A stretch of DNA of 64,000 nucleotides from an uncultured cyanobacterium (GCA_963803805.1 CAWDOD010000006.1:192001-256000); one strand, 5' to 3'; positions 34,575 to 45,355 are shown, counted from the first letter of the stretch. The notes: generated by a model from the letters alone, not told the origin. Numbers and translations: made by a program.

Positions 34575-35231
34575 ATGATAAGTGATAAATGGATTAAGGT
34601 AGCAGTGTATGCAGAAAGCCCTATGGTGCGAGAGGGTTTGCGTGCTTTGATGGAGTCACAACCACAACTCGAAGTTATTGGTATGGCTTCAAGCTTTTCT
34701 AGCTTGGTTAAACTCTTAAATTATCAACAGCCGGAGGTGATTTTATTAGATTGGAACTCAGCAGCCGAGGAAGCTTTTGGGGAGCAAATACTAGGTGATG
34801 ATAGCAAGCTAGATATGCTGACTGTGGTTATTTTAGTTGATGAAGAAAATAGTGACTGGTTGGTAGAAAAGCTACGTTCTGGGGTATGTTCGGTATTACC
34901 AAATTCAGCTACAGTGGAAGAAATTGTTGCCGCAGTGGAAGCTGCTGCAACAGGGTTAGTAGTCTTACACCCAGAAGTGGTTGATACTCTGTTGAGTCGT
35001 TACTCCACTGCCCCCTTACCAACTTCTCCCCTTCAAGCTTTAACCCCGCGAGAAATGGAGATTTTGTCAATGTTAGCTTTAGGATTAAGCAACAAAAACA
35101 TTGCCAAGCAATTGCAAATTTCTGAACATACTGTGAAGTTCCATATCTCTTCTGTTTTTACCAAACTAAATGCTTCAAGCCGCACTGAGGCCGTAGCTTT
35201 GGGAGCAAGGTTAGGTTTGATTATGCTTTAA
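34575..35231 (+). CDS. NarL/LuxR-family response regulator
   Basis: REC domain plus LTPREMEIL..LA.GLSNK.IA..L.ISEHTVKFH HTH. Confidence 0.93.
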   Translation: MISDKWIKVAVYAESPMVREGLRALMESQPQLEVIGMASSFSSLVKLLNYQQPEVILLDWNSAAEEAFGEQILGDDSKLDMLTVVILVDEENSDWLVEKLRSGVCSVLPNSATVEEIVAAVEAAATGLVVLHPEVVDTLLSRYSTAPLPTSPLQALTPREMEILSMLALGLSNKNIAKQLQISEHTVKFHISSVFTKLNASSRTEAVALGARLGLIML

Positions 35232-36327
35232 ATTCATCTTGAGAAAACTTAGAAGCAATTGTCTCTAAAACCTGCTCTTCTGGAGGGGTGATTTGACCAT
35301 CTAAAAGAGCAATTTGCTGGCAGCGTGCTAACAATGGTGGTGCTAAATCTGGGGAGAGTTGCTCTAACAATTCCTCTAAAGGTTGAGGCTCTTTGATATG
35401 ATTTGCCATAGCCTGTAAAGATTTAGGTGGCAAGTCAGCTTTTTGCAATTCTAGGACGATATCCGACCAAGATTTCTCCGGGTAGCTAGCTAAAAGCATA
35501 TGTACCAAAATGCGATCCATAATTTCTTGTTGTTCTATTGCCCCTTGGAAATAAACTTCACTTTCCTGCTGAATCTCCTCAACAGTAGCTGGTTCAGCCG
35601 TGGGATCTTGCTTAGCCTCATAATAGCGACAAGCTGCTTGCCCTAAACCGTACAGCATAATTGCATTGGTAGAAGCACCAACAACCAATCCTACCCCTGG
35701 TATCACTTCAGCAAAGCTTAAGCCAGTTTTCACAAAGCCAGAACCTCCTAAAGCTAAACCAAAAATGGCTAAGACTTCCCCTCGACGACTTGGATCTTCT
35801 AGATCTAAGCCATAAACAGCAGCAATTTCATAAATTAATTCCGCTTGCAGTTGTGCTGTTGCAGCTAGATCTAAAGCAAATAGTGCCGCAGCTAAAGGAG
35901 GAATAAAGTTAGTCGCAACCCCAATACCTGCACCGCGAATCGCTTTTTGCACCATGAGGCGGTGAGCAATTTGCTTAGGGGTTTCTAGGGGATATTCTTG
36001 TTGTACTTCTTTGACTCTTTCTAAAGCTTTTTTGGTATCAACTTTGCCCAGTAAACTTTTTAGCCAACTATTACCAAATTTTCCATTAACAAACTTGATG
36101 ATCGGATTTTCAGCTACCGAAGCGAGGGTTTCTCCAGTAGTTTGAGTAGCTTGTTCAAAGAACTCCTGCGCCCCAGCCGTAGCTGCTTCTCCTAATTCCG
36201 AAGCAAGTTCTATTGCTGCTTGGCCGGTTTGAAAGGCAATGCTGCCCACAATTTCACCAACTTCAGTGGCTGTTTCTATTGCATCAGCAAGAGGCGAACG
36301 AGATTTATCATTCATCACATTCATCAT
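35221..36327 (-). CDS. EcsC/DUF697-like protein with a TerB-like C-terminus
   Basis: DLAATAQLQAELIYEIAAVYGLD, IPGVG.VVGA and a DGQITPPEEQVL..IA tail. Confidence 0.65.
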   Translation of the reverse strand: MMNVMNDKSRSPLADAIETATEVGEIVGSIAFQTGQAAIELASELGEAATAGAQEFFEQATQTTGETLASVAENPIIKFVNGKFGNSWLKSLLGKVDTKKALERVKEVQQEYPLETPKQIAHRLMVQKAIRGAGIGVATNFIPPLAAALFALDLAATAQLQAELIYEIAAVYGLDLEDPSRRGEVLAIFGLALGGSGFVKTGLSFAEVIPGVGLVVGASTNAIMLYGLGQAACRYYEAKQDPTAEPATVEEIQQESEVYFQGAIEQQEIMDRILVHMLLASYPEKSWSDIVLELQKADLPPKSLQAMANHIKEPQPLEELLEQLSPDLAPPLLARCQQIALLDGQITPPEEQVLETIASKFSQDEFKA

Positions 36328-36349
36328 TTGTTATTTACCATTTACTAGT

Positions 36350-36943
36350 TTAGCCTGGGGAATGATCACTGTTCATTGAAATACTGCGAAGATTTTGGGC
36401 GCGAATTAACTCGCTGAAACTTAAGCTAGAACGCCCTTCTATTTTAGCCACCTCTTCAATTGCTTTTAATAAATTTGTGGCAGCTTCTGTGCGACTATAG
36501 CCCCTTCTTTGAGCAACTTTGATTGCTGCTTCATCAGCATCAACTTCCCTTCGGGAACTGCGATTGTGTTGCCAAATTTGACTTGCTGCTAATGCACCTA
36601 AACCTCCTGCTACCAAAAATCCTAAAGCATCTCCTTGAGTAAGTTCAATAACGCTATCTACAGCCCCTAAAAAAACAATACCTTGGTACAAATCAGGTTT
36701 AAACCATTTCACCCCAGTTAACCAACTAATGGTTCTCAAAAGCAATAAATCCCTTGCTCCTGTGGGTAAAAGTTGCCACAAATCGAAGTTAATGTAAATG
36801 GGGCGATTTCCTCGCTTCCAAGGATAGGGAAAATCAGCACTAACGACTTTACTCTGTTGAGGCTTGTTGACAATTTTGGTAAGCATTCGTCCTGATGCAG
36901 GCATTAAATCCAGTAAGCGACGAATTTCTGAGTCTAGATTCAT
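36350..36943 (-). CDS. DUF3318 family protein
   Basis: EIRRLLDLMPASGRM, INFDLW..L, RDLLLL and ADEAAI..A.RRGY. Confidence 0.8.
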   Translation of the reverse strand: MNLDSEIRRLLDLMPASGRMLTKIVNKPQQSKVVSADFPYPWKRGNRPIYINFDLWQLLPTGARDLLLLRTISWLTGVKWFKPDLYQGIVFLGAVDSVIELTQGDALGFLVAGGLGALAASQIWQHNRSSRREVDADEAAIKVAQRRGYSRTEAATNLLKAIEEVAKIEGRSSLSFSELIRAQNLRSISMNSDHSPG

Positions 36944-37003
36944 GGGGAGGTTGCTTATTGTTAAAAATTATTAAAATAGGAATAGAAGTTAAATAGAAAT
37001 TTT

Positions 37004-37775
37004 ATGCAACTAACTTGGTTAGACAATAACTCCTGGATTATAAACGTAGGTAAACAAAATATTCTACTCGATCCTTGGTTAGTAGATTCTTTGGTGTTTG
37101 CTAACTTACCTTGGTTGTTTGAAGGTAAGCGCCCCCAACCCTTAGCAATTCCTGAATCTATCGATTCTTATCCTGCTGTCTCAAGGTTTAGAAGATCATG
37201 CCCATCCCCCAACTTTGAAACAATTAGACCACAATATTCCTGTAGTTGCTTCCCCTAATGCGGCTAAGGTAGTTCAGGAATTAGGTTACAGCCAAATCAC
37301 CACCTTAAAACATGGGGAAAGTTTTACCCTAGCTAATAAAGTTGAAATCCAAGCTGTACCAGGATCTCCCATTGGCCCAACTTTAAGAGAAAATGGTTAC
37401 ATTCTCAAAGATTTAACCACCGAGCAAAGTTTATACTACGAACCCCATGGTAATCATGACCCAGAAATCAAACAATCGGCTCCAGTAGATGTGGTGATTA
37501 CTCCTTTGGTTAGTTTGGTTTTGCCCTTAGTTGGCCCCATAATTAAAGGACAAAAAAGCGCTCTGCAAGTATCTCAATGGTTACAACCAAAATTTATCTT
37601 ACCCACTGCGGATGCACAAGAAGTAAGTTATCAAGGATTACTAGTTTCTTTGTTAAGCTCTCAAGGTAGCCTGGAAAAGTTTCAAGAAATGCTCACGGAA
37701 AACGACCTTAATACTAAAGTAATTCAACCAAAACCCAACCAAGCTATAAACTTAAACGGATCACTAATTAAATAG
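37004..37775 (+). pseudogene. MBL-fold metallo-hydrolase with one +1 frameshift near 37165 (or sequencing error)
   Basis: MQLTWLDNNSW..LLDPWLV joins IDLILLSQGLEDHAH if one T is removed; continues ENGY and YYEPHG. Confidence 0.8.
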
Positions 37776-37925
37776 TAAGGTTTCAGGTATTAAGATTGCT
37801 TATTTTGACAAGGAAACAGGGAACAGGCAAGGAGGAAAAGAGATGCAGAAATTTCACCTGTTAGGAAAAGCGATGTCATATAGGCATCATTTGGAATTGC
37901 TATAGTAGCAAAGGTTCAATATTTA

Positions 37926-38597
37926 ATGAGCAATGAAATGGCTACATATTTAATCACAGGTGCAAATCGCGGTATTGGTTACGAATTAGCTAAACAAGCT
38001 AAAGAATCAAGTGAGAAAGTTATTGCCGCTTGTCGTCAAAGTTCATCTCAACTTGATAGTTTGGGAGTACAAGTAGAAACAGGAGTTGATATAGGAGACG
38101 CTGCCTCCGTTGCCAATTTAGCAAAACGCTTGCAAGGAACTTCTTTAGATATTCTCATTAATAATGCCGGAATTTGGTCAAAAAGTACTCTTGATGACCT
38201 CAACTTTGATGGTATGGTACAACAATTCAAAATCAATTCCCTTGGGGCTTTGCGGGTAACTCAAGCTTTACTACCAAACCTTCACTCTGGTTCTAAAGTT
38301 GGCATTGTTACTAGTCGCATGGGTTCTATAGAAGATAATACTTCCGGGGGTTCTTATGGCTATCGTATGTCCAAAGTTGCTGTTTCTATGGCCGGAAAAT
38401 CTTTATCTTTGGATCTTAAACCCCAAGGTATTGCTGTCGCTATTTTGCATCCCGGTTTAGTTAGTACTGATATGACTGGACATCAGGGTATACCAGCCTC
38501 GGAAGCGGCGGCAGGTTTGTTGCAAAGAATTGAGGAATTAAATCTAGAAAATACAGGTACTTTTTGGCACGCTAAAGGAGAAGTTTTACCTTGGTAA
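37926..38597 (+). CDS. Short-chain dehydrogenase/reductase (CsgA-like)
   Basis: TGANRGIG, NNAG, YRMSK and LHPG motifs. Confidence 0.93.
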   Translation: MSNEMATYLITGANRGIGYELAKQAKESSEKVIAACRQSSSQLDSLGVQVETGVDIGDAASVANLAKRLQGTSLDILINNAGIWSKSTLDDLNFDGMVQQFKINSLGALRVTQALLPNLHSGSKVGIVTSRMGSIEDNTSGGSYGYRMSKVAVSMAGKSLSLDLKPQGIAVAILHPGLVSTDMTGHQGIPASEAAAGLLQRIEELNLENTGTFWHAKGEVLPW

Positions 38598-38718
38598 TAG
38601 ACAATGCCTTTAGTTAAATAACCAAATTGAGCAAGCTTTTTAATCCACAATGTTAAGACAATCTCCTTAAGCTAAAAGATAGCACTTCTTTTTTTAGGAA
38701 CAAGGAATATCGTAACTT

Positions 38719-39945
38719 GTGAATATCTACATTCTTAATCTTCTAGTAATTGGCCTACTTTTACTGGTTGTTACCCTGGGTTCTGATTGGATTTCTTCCC
38801 GTTTGCCCCTTTCTTTTGCTATCATCTATCTCGTCGTTGGTATATGCTTAGGCCCTTATGGGTTTGGTTTAATTCAATTACGACCTGATACAGAGTTTAT
38901 CGAAAGATTAGCAGAATTTGTGGTTATTATCTCTGTTTTTGGTTGCGGATTGAAAATGAACCGCCCCCTCAAGCTTCAGCATTGGCAAACCACAGCCAGA
39001 TTAATCGGCTTTTTATTGCCCCTTTCTATATTTGCGATCGCCGCCTCTTGTCATTGGTTACTTGGTTTAGGCTGGGGAGGGGCAATCCTGCTAGGGGGTA
39101 TTTTAGCTCCTACTGACCCTGTATTGGCTTCAGAAGTGCAGTTAGGCGAAGTCAATGATCAAGATGAGTTACGCTTCGGCTTAACTTCCGAAGGGGGTTT
39201 AAATGATTCCTTGGCTTTTCCCTTCGTTTATTTTGGACTTTATGCCCTCGAAGATAACAATTGGGAAAATTGGCTACGGCAATGGTTAATTGTTGATTTG
39301 CTTTGGGCAATCATAGCAGCCTTAGTTATGGGGATTGTGGTTGCAAAAAGCATTATCTGGCTTGATAACAAATGGCAACGCTTTCACCCGATTGATGATT
39401 TAATGGAAGATTTTGTTGCTCTGAGTACGGTTTTAATTACTTATTCCTTAACAGAATTAGTTAACGGTTACGGGTTTTTGGCTGTGTTTGTAGCAGGGTT
39501 TGTTGTCCAAAGAAAATATTATGCTAATCAAGAAAAGCGTATTGCTCAATTGGAGTTTACTGAACAAATCGAAAAACTTCTCGAAGTTGCGACAATTCTA
39601 CTCCTTGGTTCTTTTTTATTGATCGAACCAATTCTCAAATACGGTACTCAAGGCTTGTTAGTAGCCGCCCTGTTATTTTTCCTCATCCGCCCTTTGGGAG
39701 TATTATTAAGCTTTTTCGGTTCAGGTTTACCTCAACCAATTCCCCTGCTATTTGGTTGGTTTGGCATTCGTGGGGTTGGTTCTTTGTATTATCTTACTTA
39801 TGCTATGGGTCAAGGTTTAGAAGGAGAGGTAGCTGAACAATTGGCTTGGATTACCTATATTGTGGTGGTTAGTTCGGTGATCCTACACGGTATTAGTGCT
39901 ACACCATTGATGAGTTGGTATGAGAAGAGAGTAGTGGGGAGTTAG
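38719..39945 (+). CDS. CPA1 (NhaP-like) cation:proton antiporter
   Basis: LAPTDPVLAS, SEGGLND and GWFGIRG motifs; many TM helices. Confidence 0.9.
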   Translation: MNIYILNLLVIGLLLLVVTLGSDWISSRLPLSFAIIYLVVGICLGPYGFGLIQLRPDTEFIERLAEFVVIISVFGCGLKMNRPLKLQHWQTTARLIGFLLPLSIFAIAASCHWLLGLGWGGAILLGGILAPTDPVLASEVQLGEVNDQDELRFGLTSEGGLNDSLAFPFVYFGLYALEDNNWENWLRQWLIVDLLWAIIAALVMGIVVAKSIIWLDNKWQRFHPIDDLMEDFVALSTVLITYSLTELVNGYGFLAVFVAGFVVQRKYYANQEKRIAQLEFTEQIEKLLEVATILLLGSFLLIEPILKYGTQGLLVAALLFFLIRPLGVLLSFFGSGLPQPIPLLFGWFGIRGVGSLYYLTYAMGQGLEGEVAEQLAWITYIVVVSSVILHGISATPLMSWYEKRVVGS

Positions 39946-40189
39946 GGGGCTAGGGAGAAATATTACTTTTTGCCCATTTGTAACAAGTTAAGGAAGTATA
40001 GCCGTTGTCAAGCAAATACTTGTATCCATTGGGAAAAAAGGGATTGACAGTAAAGGTAAGGTGAAACTATGGGGATAGATTGATAGCTAAAAAGCTAAGA
40101 GCTAAAAACAGTTGACCAATGGAATAACAGCTTAACTTGTCACCAATGCTTTTTGCCTTTTAGCTATAACTAAAGTTATTTTTACCTTC

Positions 40190-41305
40190 CTATCGCTCTA
40201 GGTTACGAGGATCTAAAGCATCTCGTAAGCCATCTCCCAATAAGTTAAATGCCAATACTGTCGTAATAATTAACACTGCTGGGGGCCAAATCAACCAAGG
40301 CTGTAATACCAAAATCGAAGCATTGGTTGACAAAGAAAGCATATTACCCCAACTAGGATCGGGCTGCTGAATACCTAAGCCAATTAAGCTTAATACCGAC
40401 TCAGCAATAATAAATCCTGGTATAGCTAAGGTAGCAGAAATAATTATATAAGTTGCTGTTTGGGGCAGAACATGACGCACAATAATATAAAGAGGATTCG
40501 CCCCAATAACCTTGGCTGCATCAACAAATTCTCGCTCTTTTAATGATAAAACCTGTCCCCTGATAACCCTAGCTAATCCTGCCCAACGTACAAAGGAAGT
40601 GATTAAAATAATTAGTAAAAAGCGTTGGGCGCTAGTTAAGCCGGGGGGCAATACCGCCGCTAAAGCTACTAAGAGATAAATACTGGGAATGGTCATTAGC
40701 ACCTCTACTAGGCGCATCAAAAAAGCATCTACCCAACTACCAAAATAGCCCGAAATCCCTCCAATTAACATACCCAAGGGGAAAGATATGGCAATACCAA
40801 TTAAACCAATACTCAAGCTAATTCTACCGCCAAACAGCAAGCGACTAAATTGATCTCGCCCTTGTTCATCAGTACCAAGAATATTGATTTTACCTGCTCC
40901 GGCAGCCCCAAAGAGATGAATATTACTCTTGATGCCTGGTAATACGGTTACTTCCTCAAATTTAGGCGGTAAAGGTAAAGTGAGTTTTAAGAAACGATAA
41001 GACCAACCCTTAGTAAATAATCGAATTCCAGAAGGCTGATCCCGGTTAACTTCTAACTGGCGATCGCCCGTTTCTAAACTAGTGGGGCCTTGAGTAATCG
41101 GATAAACGTGGGGCCCGATAAATTCCCCCTCTTGATTGCGCCAATAAATCTGGGTTGGCGGCAGCAAAGAACCATCTTTTTGGGAAGCATAGGGGTCGTA
41201 AGGGGCAACAAAATCAGCAGCAATCACAACTAAGTAAAAGACTAGCAGTAATAATGCTCCCAAACGTGCTAAAGGATTATTTTTAAGTTTTCGCCACCAA
41301 TTCAT
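40190..41305 (-). CDS. Peptide ABC transporter permease (OppC/DppC)
   Basis: LGTDEQGRD, EAA loop EFVDAAKVIGA and FNLLGDGLRDALDP. Confidence 0.93.
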   Translation of the reverse strand: MNWWRKLKNNPLARLGALLLLVFYLVVIAADFVAPYDPYASQKDGSLLPPTQIYWRNQEGEFIGPHVYPITQGPTSLETGDRQLEVNRDQPSGIRLFTKGWSYRFLKLTLPLPPKFEEVTVLPGIKSNIHLFGAAGAGKINILGTDEQGRDQFSRLLFGGRISLSIGLIGIAISFPLGMLIGGISGYFGSWVDAFLMRLVEVLMTIPSIYLLVALAAVLPPGLTSAQRFLLIILITSFVRWAGLARVIRGQVLSLKEREFVDAAKVIGANPLYIIVRHVLPQTATYIIISATLAIPGFIIAESVLSLIGLGIQQPDPSWGNMLSLSTNASILVLQPWLIWPPAVLIITTVLAFNLLGDGLRDALDPRNLER

Positions 41306-41336
41306 ATTTAATTTTTAGTTGTTTACAACCCTAATT

Positions 41337-42212
41337 TTAAGCGTAAGCCCTTTGGGCCAATCTCCTTTGTTCCTCCTGGTTTTTTTCATGTTCAACAACA
41401 AATACATTGGAGTAGAGATTAGCAGTAATCTGTTTGCCTTGTTGGGTTAAGGACAAATAATTTAAGGCATCTTGAATATAAGGATAAACTGCATTCCAGT
41501 AAAAAGAAGGATAACCTTGACGTAAATCATCAGGATGTTTGTATCCTAAAGCTTTATTAGCCCCTGTCTCTTCAAACTCATAGAATAAAGCACTAATTTT
41601 TTTCAAATAGCGGGGATCACTAAGCTGACCAATTAAATCAGCAGCACGGATTAAACCCGCATAATGAACTGTATCCTTATGGTCATCCTTTTCAGGAACT
41701 GGGAAACGAGTTAACTCAATGCTACGCTTAATAAACTCAGAATCAATCAGTTTGTGGCCACCAAAACGCTCATCAATAAATAGCTTACCCCGATCAACGT
41801 GATAGGGAGTTAAGCTAGCATCAGAAGCACCAGGGGGTAAATGAACCATTTCTCCATCTTTCCCTGTAGCATAAAGCCTTTCTAGTTCCCGATCTTGACG
41901 ACAGACCCCTTTAACATAACCAATATCGTGACAAGCTAGGGAAATAATAAAGTGCAGCCAATCCTCCCCAGTTACTCCACCTTCTCGGATGTGTTTGCCC
42001 CGCAAGACTTCTTGACCTACTAGAGTAACTAGAATGGAGTGTTCGACATTATGATAGAGAGCATCGCTATTAGCAATATTTTCCATTGCCATACTGCCTG
42101 CCCAAGCAATAATATCTTCATAGTCATTATGTAAAGCCCCGTAAGTGCGGTGATAGCCCTTACGGAGTTTATCAACAAATTCGTCTATAAGTATTTCGGT
42201 GGCGTTAAACAT
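41337..42212 (-). CDS. HD-domain metalloprotein (Npun_R2479-like)
   Basis: YHNVEH, CHDIGY, YHVDR and AADLIGQ motifs. Confidence 0.85.
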   Translation of the reverse strand: MFNATEILIDEFVDKLRKGYHRTYGALHNDYEDIIAWAGSMAMENIANSDALYHNVEHSILVTLVGQEVLRGKHIREGGVTGEDWLHFIISLACHDIGYVKGVCRQDRELERLYATGKDGEMVHLPPGASDASLTPYHVDRGKLFIDERFGGHKLIDSEFIKRSIELTRFPVPEKDDHKDTVHYAGLIRAADLIGQLSDPRYLKKISALFYEFEETGANKALGYKHPDDLRQGYPSFYWNAVYPYIQDALNYLSLTQQGKQITANLYSNVFVVEHEKNQEEQRRLAQRAYA

Positions 42213-42598
42213 CCTTGGTACTCACTTGTACTGAGAGTCGTAAAATGGAATTTCTATAATTAGACTTGAAAGCTTGCTAGTTTTTGAGGCTAATTAATAT
42301 GTTAAACCTTAGTGGTTTGGCTTTAGTACAGTGCTAAGATTGAGTTATTCAAATCATAGAATGCAACAGAAGAGGAATTTTCGCTCTGAAAAGCATCACG
42401 ATGAAGTTGTGTTTCATATCACTTTGCTAAGGAAAAAGGCTTTAATACCATAGTTGTCGTTGTCTTTCCCTAAGTATGATACCTATATAAATGGGCAGAC
42501 AAAATTTTGACCTAGTTATATTCTATCGCTCCTTAATAAAGATTAAGCATCTTTTCAGGTTTAGATAGCCTCCCAAATAACCCTATTTTTTTGATTCA

Positions 42599-43030
42599 AT
42601 GCTCAGCTTTGGTAACTCTCAGCCTAACAAGGCCGCTAGCAAATGGCAGCGCCAGTTGGATAAATTCGTTAGAGATAATCGCCAAGAATTGGCTGCTTTA
42701 GTTTGGGGTATGTCTCAACAAAGTGGATCTGAGGATAAAACCGTTGGTATTGATTGCCAAGGAGTTCCTCGCTTTGTTTATTGCCCCAGAGAAGCAGTTG
42801 AACAACTTAACTCTAACGTTAATGAACATCTCCAGGAGATTTTGGGTGTGATAGATGGCCATGATCCAACAGAAGAAGTACTGATGATTGGGATTGGCGA
42901 CGGTGAAATTAAGTTAATCAATTTTAAACCGGAACCTTCTCCCCCAGAATGCTTTGAGGAAGTAGGGGAAAAAGCAGGAATTTTGTTAGATAAGCTAGAG
43001 CAAAGTTTGGCGGAATATCTACGGGGTTGA
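42599..43030 (+). CDS. ccmS: Beta-carboxysome assembly chaperone CcmS
   Basis: KW.RQLD.FV..N.QELAAL.WG...GID....P.FVYCP.EA...LN...QEILG..D...P..EV pattern, recognised from memory. Confidence 0.7.
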   Translation: MLSFGNSQPNKAASKWQRQLDKFVRDNRQELAALVWGMSQQSGSEDKTVGIDCQGVPRFVYCPREAVEQLNSNVNEHLQEILGVIDGHDPTEEVLMIGIGDGEIKLINFKPEPSPPECFEEVGEKAGILLDKLEQSLAEYLRG

Positions 43031-43104
43031 GCTTTGCGTAAATTTATACAGACCTAATACCCTATTACCTAGTTCATGATTAAGCTTAAACAACCAGAAA
43101 TTAA

Positions 43105-43674
43105 ATGAAAATTGACGAAATCACCTCTGCATTGAAAGAAGTTTTTCCTACAGCAACTCTAAAACATGAAAGCGAAGATTCTTGGCAAGTTGAGCCTGAA
43201 AACTTAAGATTACTCGTCCTGCTTACTGAAGATGGTTCTGAGTTACGTTTATTAATACCTATTGTTCCCCAACCAGAGGCTCAACCATACTTAGAGCAGC
43301 TTTTAGCTAGGAATTTTGAGCAAACTAAGCAAGGTCGCTATGCTCTAGAAAGAGGAGTATTATGGGGAGTATATAACCACAATCTCAATAGTTTAACTAA
43401 AGAAGATTTTCAAGAGGCGATCGCAACTATAGTTGATTTAAAAAATCAAGGTTTAGGGGAGCCATTTAATCAAATGATTGAACAGCGTCTCAAGCAAATC
43501 ATCCAAGCAGCTAAGTTGCAAGGACAATCTTTAGAGGCTACCTTACAAACTATAGAGCGTTTTTATCAGGAAGGAATGCTCGGTGGTTTAGACCAAAGTT
43601 CTGAGGAAAGAGAACGGTTTATCAACGCTTGGCAACAACAGCTAAAACGTCTGTGGCCAGAAGTTAAACCTTAA
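43105..43674 (+). CDS. Hypothetical protein with a YbjN/T3SS-chaperone-like N-terminus
   Basis: RLLVLL.ED...LR.L.PI...LL..NF..T...RYAL...VLW. Confidence 0.65.
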   Translation: MKIDEITSALKEVFPTATLKHESEDSWQVEPENLRLLVLLTEDGSELRLLIPIVPQPEAQPYLEQLLARNFEQTKQGRYALERGVLWGVYNHNLNSLTKEDFQEAIATIVDLKNQGLGEPFNQMIEQRLKQIIQAAKLQGQSLEATLQTIERFYQEGMLGGLDQSSEERERFINAWQQQLKRLWPEVKP

Positions 43675-43723
43675 ATTGTTGAGCAATTCTATAATCATTT
43701 TCCTAATTCCTACGAGCTAAGTA

Positions 43724-45184
43724 ATGCTCCTTACAGACGATTTGTTGTTGAATTATAAACGTTGTCGCCGCCGTCCTTTTTTAGATATTCACGGAGATTT
43801 TTCTCAAAGGGAGCCAAAACGGGATTTTGTTTTTAAGCTACAACAGCAGAGTAAAATTCATATCGCCAATGTTCTAGAAGAAAAGATTTACCAAAAACCT
43901 GATGCTCCTTACAAAGATTGGCAAGCCCTAGCTAACCAGACTCTTTTATTTATGCAGTTAGGGGTTGAACGCATTAATAGGGGGATTTTGCTGTTATCAG
44001 AATTTTCTGATTGGGGATTAAAAGAGCAACTTGATTTGCATCAGGTAACTTTGGTAGGTTTTCCTAGCCTTTTGGTAAAACAGCCAGGAAAGTCTCGATT
44101 TGGTGATTGGCACTATGCCCCTATTAATATTAAACTTGGTCGCAAAGCCAAACCGGAATATAAATTAATTAGTGCTTTTCACAGCCAATTATTAGCTAGC
44201 ATCCAAGACAGATTGCCAGAAAATGGGCAAATTATTTTAAAAGAACAAAACACTTCTAACCTTAACCCAGAAATTTGGTTGCCAAAACTAAAATCCACCT
44301 TAGAAGAATGTTTAGAAATGTTGCAATCATATCAAGAACCAGAGGTATTTATTTCTCGCCAACGCTGTAGTCTTTGTCACTGGTATAGTCACTGCCATCA
44401 AGTTGCCGAAAATACTGCTCATCTTTCTCTTGTACCTGGAGTTACTCCTAATCGTTATGAATATTTGCAAACAGTTGGTATAACAACTCCAGAAGCTTTA
44501 GCTAATATTACCCCAGAAGAACATCAAGAGTCTTTAGGGCGGGAAATAGCCTTTTCCTTGCAACAACAAGCTCAAGCTATTTGGGAAAATAAAGCAATTG
44601 TTAAACCTACTGATTTATCCAGTAGCAATCTTACTATTCCGACTAACTCTGTAGAGTTATATTTTGATCTTGAAGCAGAACCAGAACGTAATATTGATTA
44701 TCTCTTTGGTGTACTCTTAGTTGATCGTACCAATAATATTGAGCAATTTTACCCATTTCTAGCTGAAAAAGTGGCTGATGAAGGTTTGATTTGGCAGCAA
44801 TTTTTAGACTTAGTTAAGCTTTACCCTCAAGCCCCTATTTTTCACTTCTCCGAGTATGAAGTTGATGCAGTAAGGCGCGTGGCTAATCTCTACAAGACTC
44901 CCGCAACCATCGTCGAACCTTTACTTTCCCGTTTTGTAGATCTTCACCATGTAGTCACAAAATCTGTGGTTTTACCTATAGAAAGCTATTCTTTAAAATC
45001 TATTGCTAATTGGTTAGGCTTTCAGTGGCGTGATCGTCAAGCAAGAGGAGATCAATCTGTTTGCTGGTATGACTGGTGGTTAGAAAGTAAAAATAGGTCT
45101 TGGTTAGAAACAATTTTGCGCTATAACGAAGATGATTGCCGTGCAACTATGCACCTAAAAAACTGGCTGGTTGACTTCCTTTAA
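43724..45184 (+). CDS. TM0106-family RecB-like nuclease with an RNase H-like C-terminus
   Basis: YKRC.RR, CSLCHWYSHC, YFDLE, YSLK.IA..LGF.W and YNEDDC. Confidence 0.88.
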   Translation: MLLTDDLLLNYKRCRRRPFLDIHGDFSQREPKRDFVFKLQQQSKIHIANVLEEKIYQKPDAPYKDWQALANQTLLFMQLGVERINRGILLLSEFSDWGLKEQLDLHQVTLVGFPSLLVKQPGKSRFGDWHYAPINIKLGRKAKPEYKLISAFHSQLLASIQDRLPENGQIILKEQNTSNLNPEIWLPKLKSTLEECLEMLQSYQEPEVFISRQRCSLCHWYSHCHQVAENTAHLSLVPGVTPNRYEYLQTVGITTPEALANITPEEHQESLGREIAFSLQQQAQAIWENKAIVKPTDLSSSNLTIPTNSVELYFDLEAEPERNIDYLFGVLLVDRTNNIEQFYPFLAEKVADEGLIWQQFLDLVKLYPQAPIFHFSEYEVDAVRRVANLYKTPATIVEPLLSRFVDLHHVVTKSVVLPIESYSLKSIANWLGFQWRDRQARGDQSVCWYDWWLESKNRSWLETILRYNEDDCRATMHLKNWLVDFL

Positions 45185-45355
45185 AAAGAACAATGTTTAA
45201 TGTTTAATCATAAACAGTAGTAGATACTATAAAGTTGTGCAAAGTTTCTTTAAATTACTGAGTTTTGCTAAGTAATTCATGGTTGTTCCTAAGTAAATAA
45301 TGCTAAATTAAAGTTATGAAGCGTACAAGTATAAATATAATTTCAGGCGCTTTCT

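Noticed and set aside
39996-40170. Possible degenerate MITE (TATAGC...GCTATA ends, CATTGG/CCAATG)
   Set aside because: The inverted repeats are too weak to define ends or a target duplication
43724-45184. Cas4 or defence nuclease
   Set aside because: Architecture fits the widespread TM0106 family; no CRISPR or defence context
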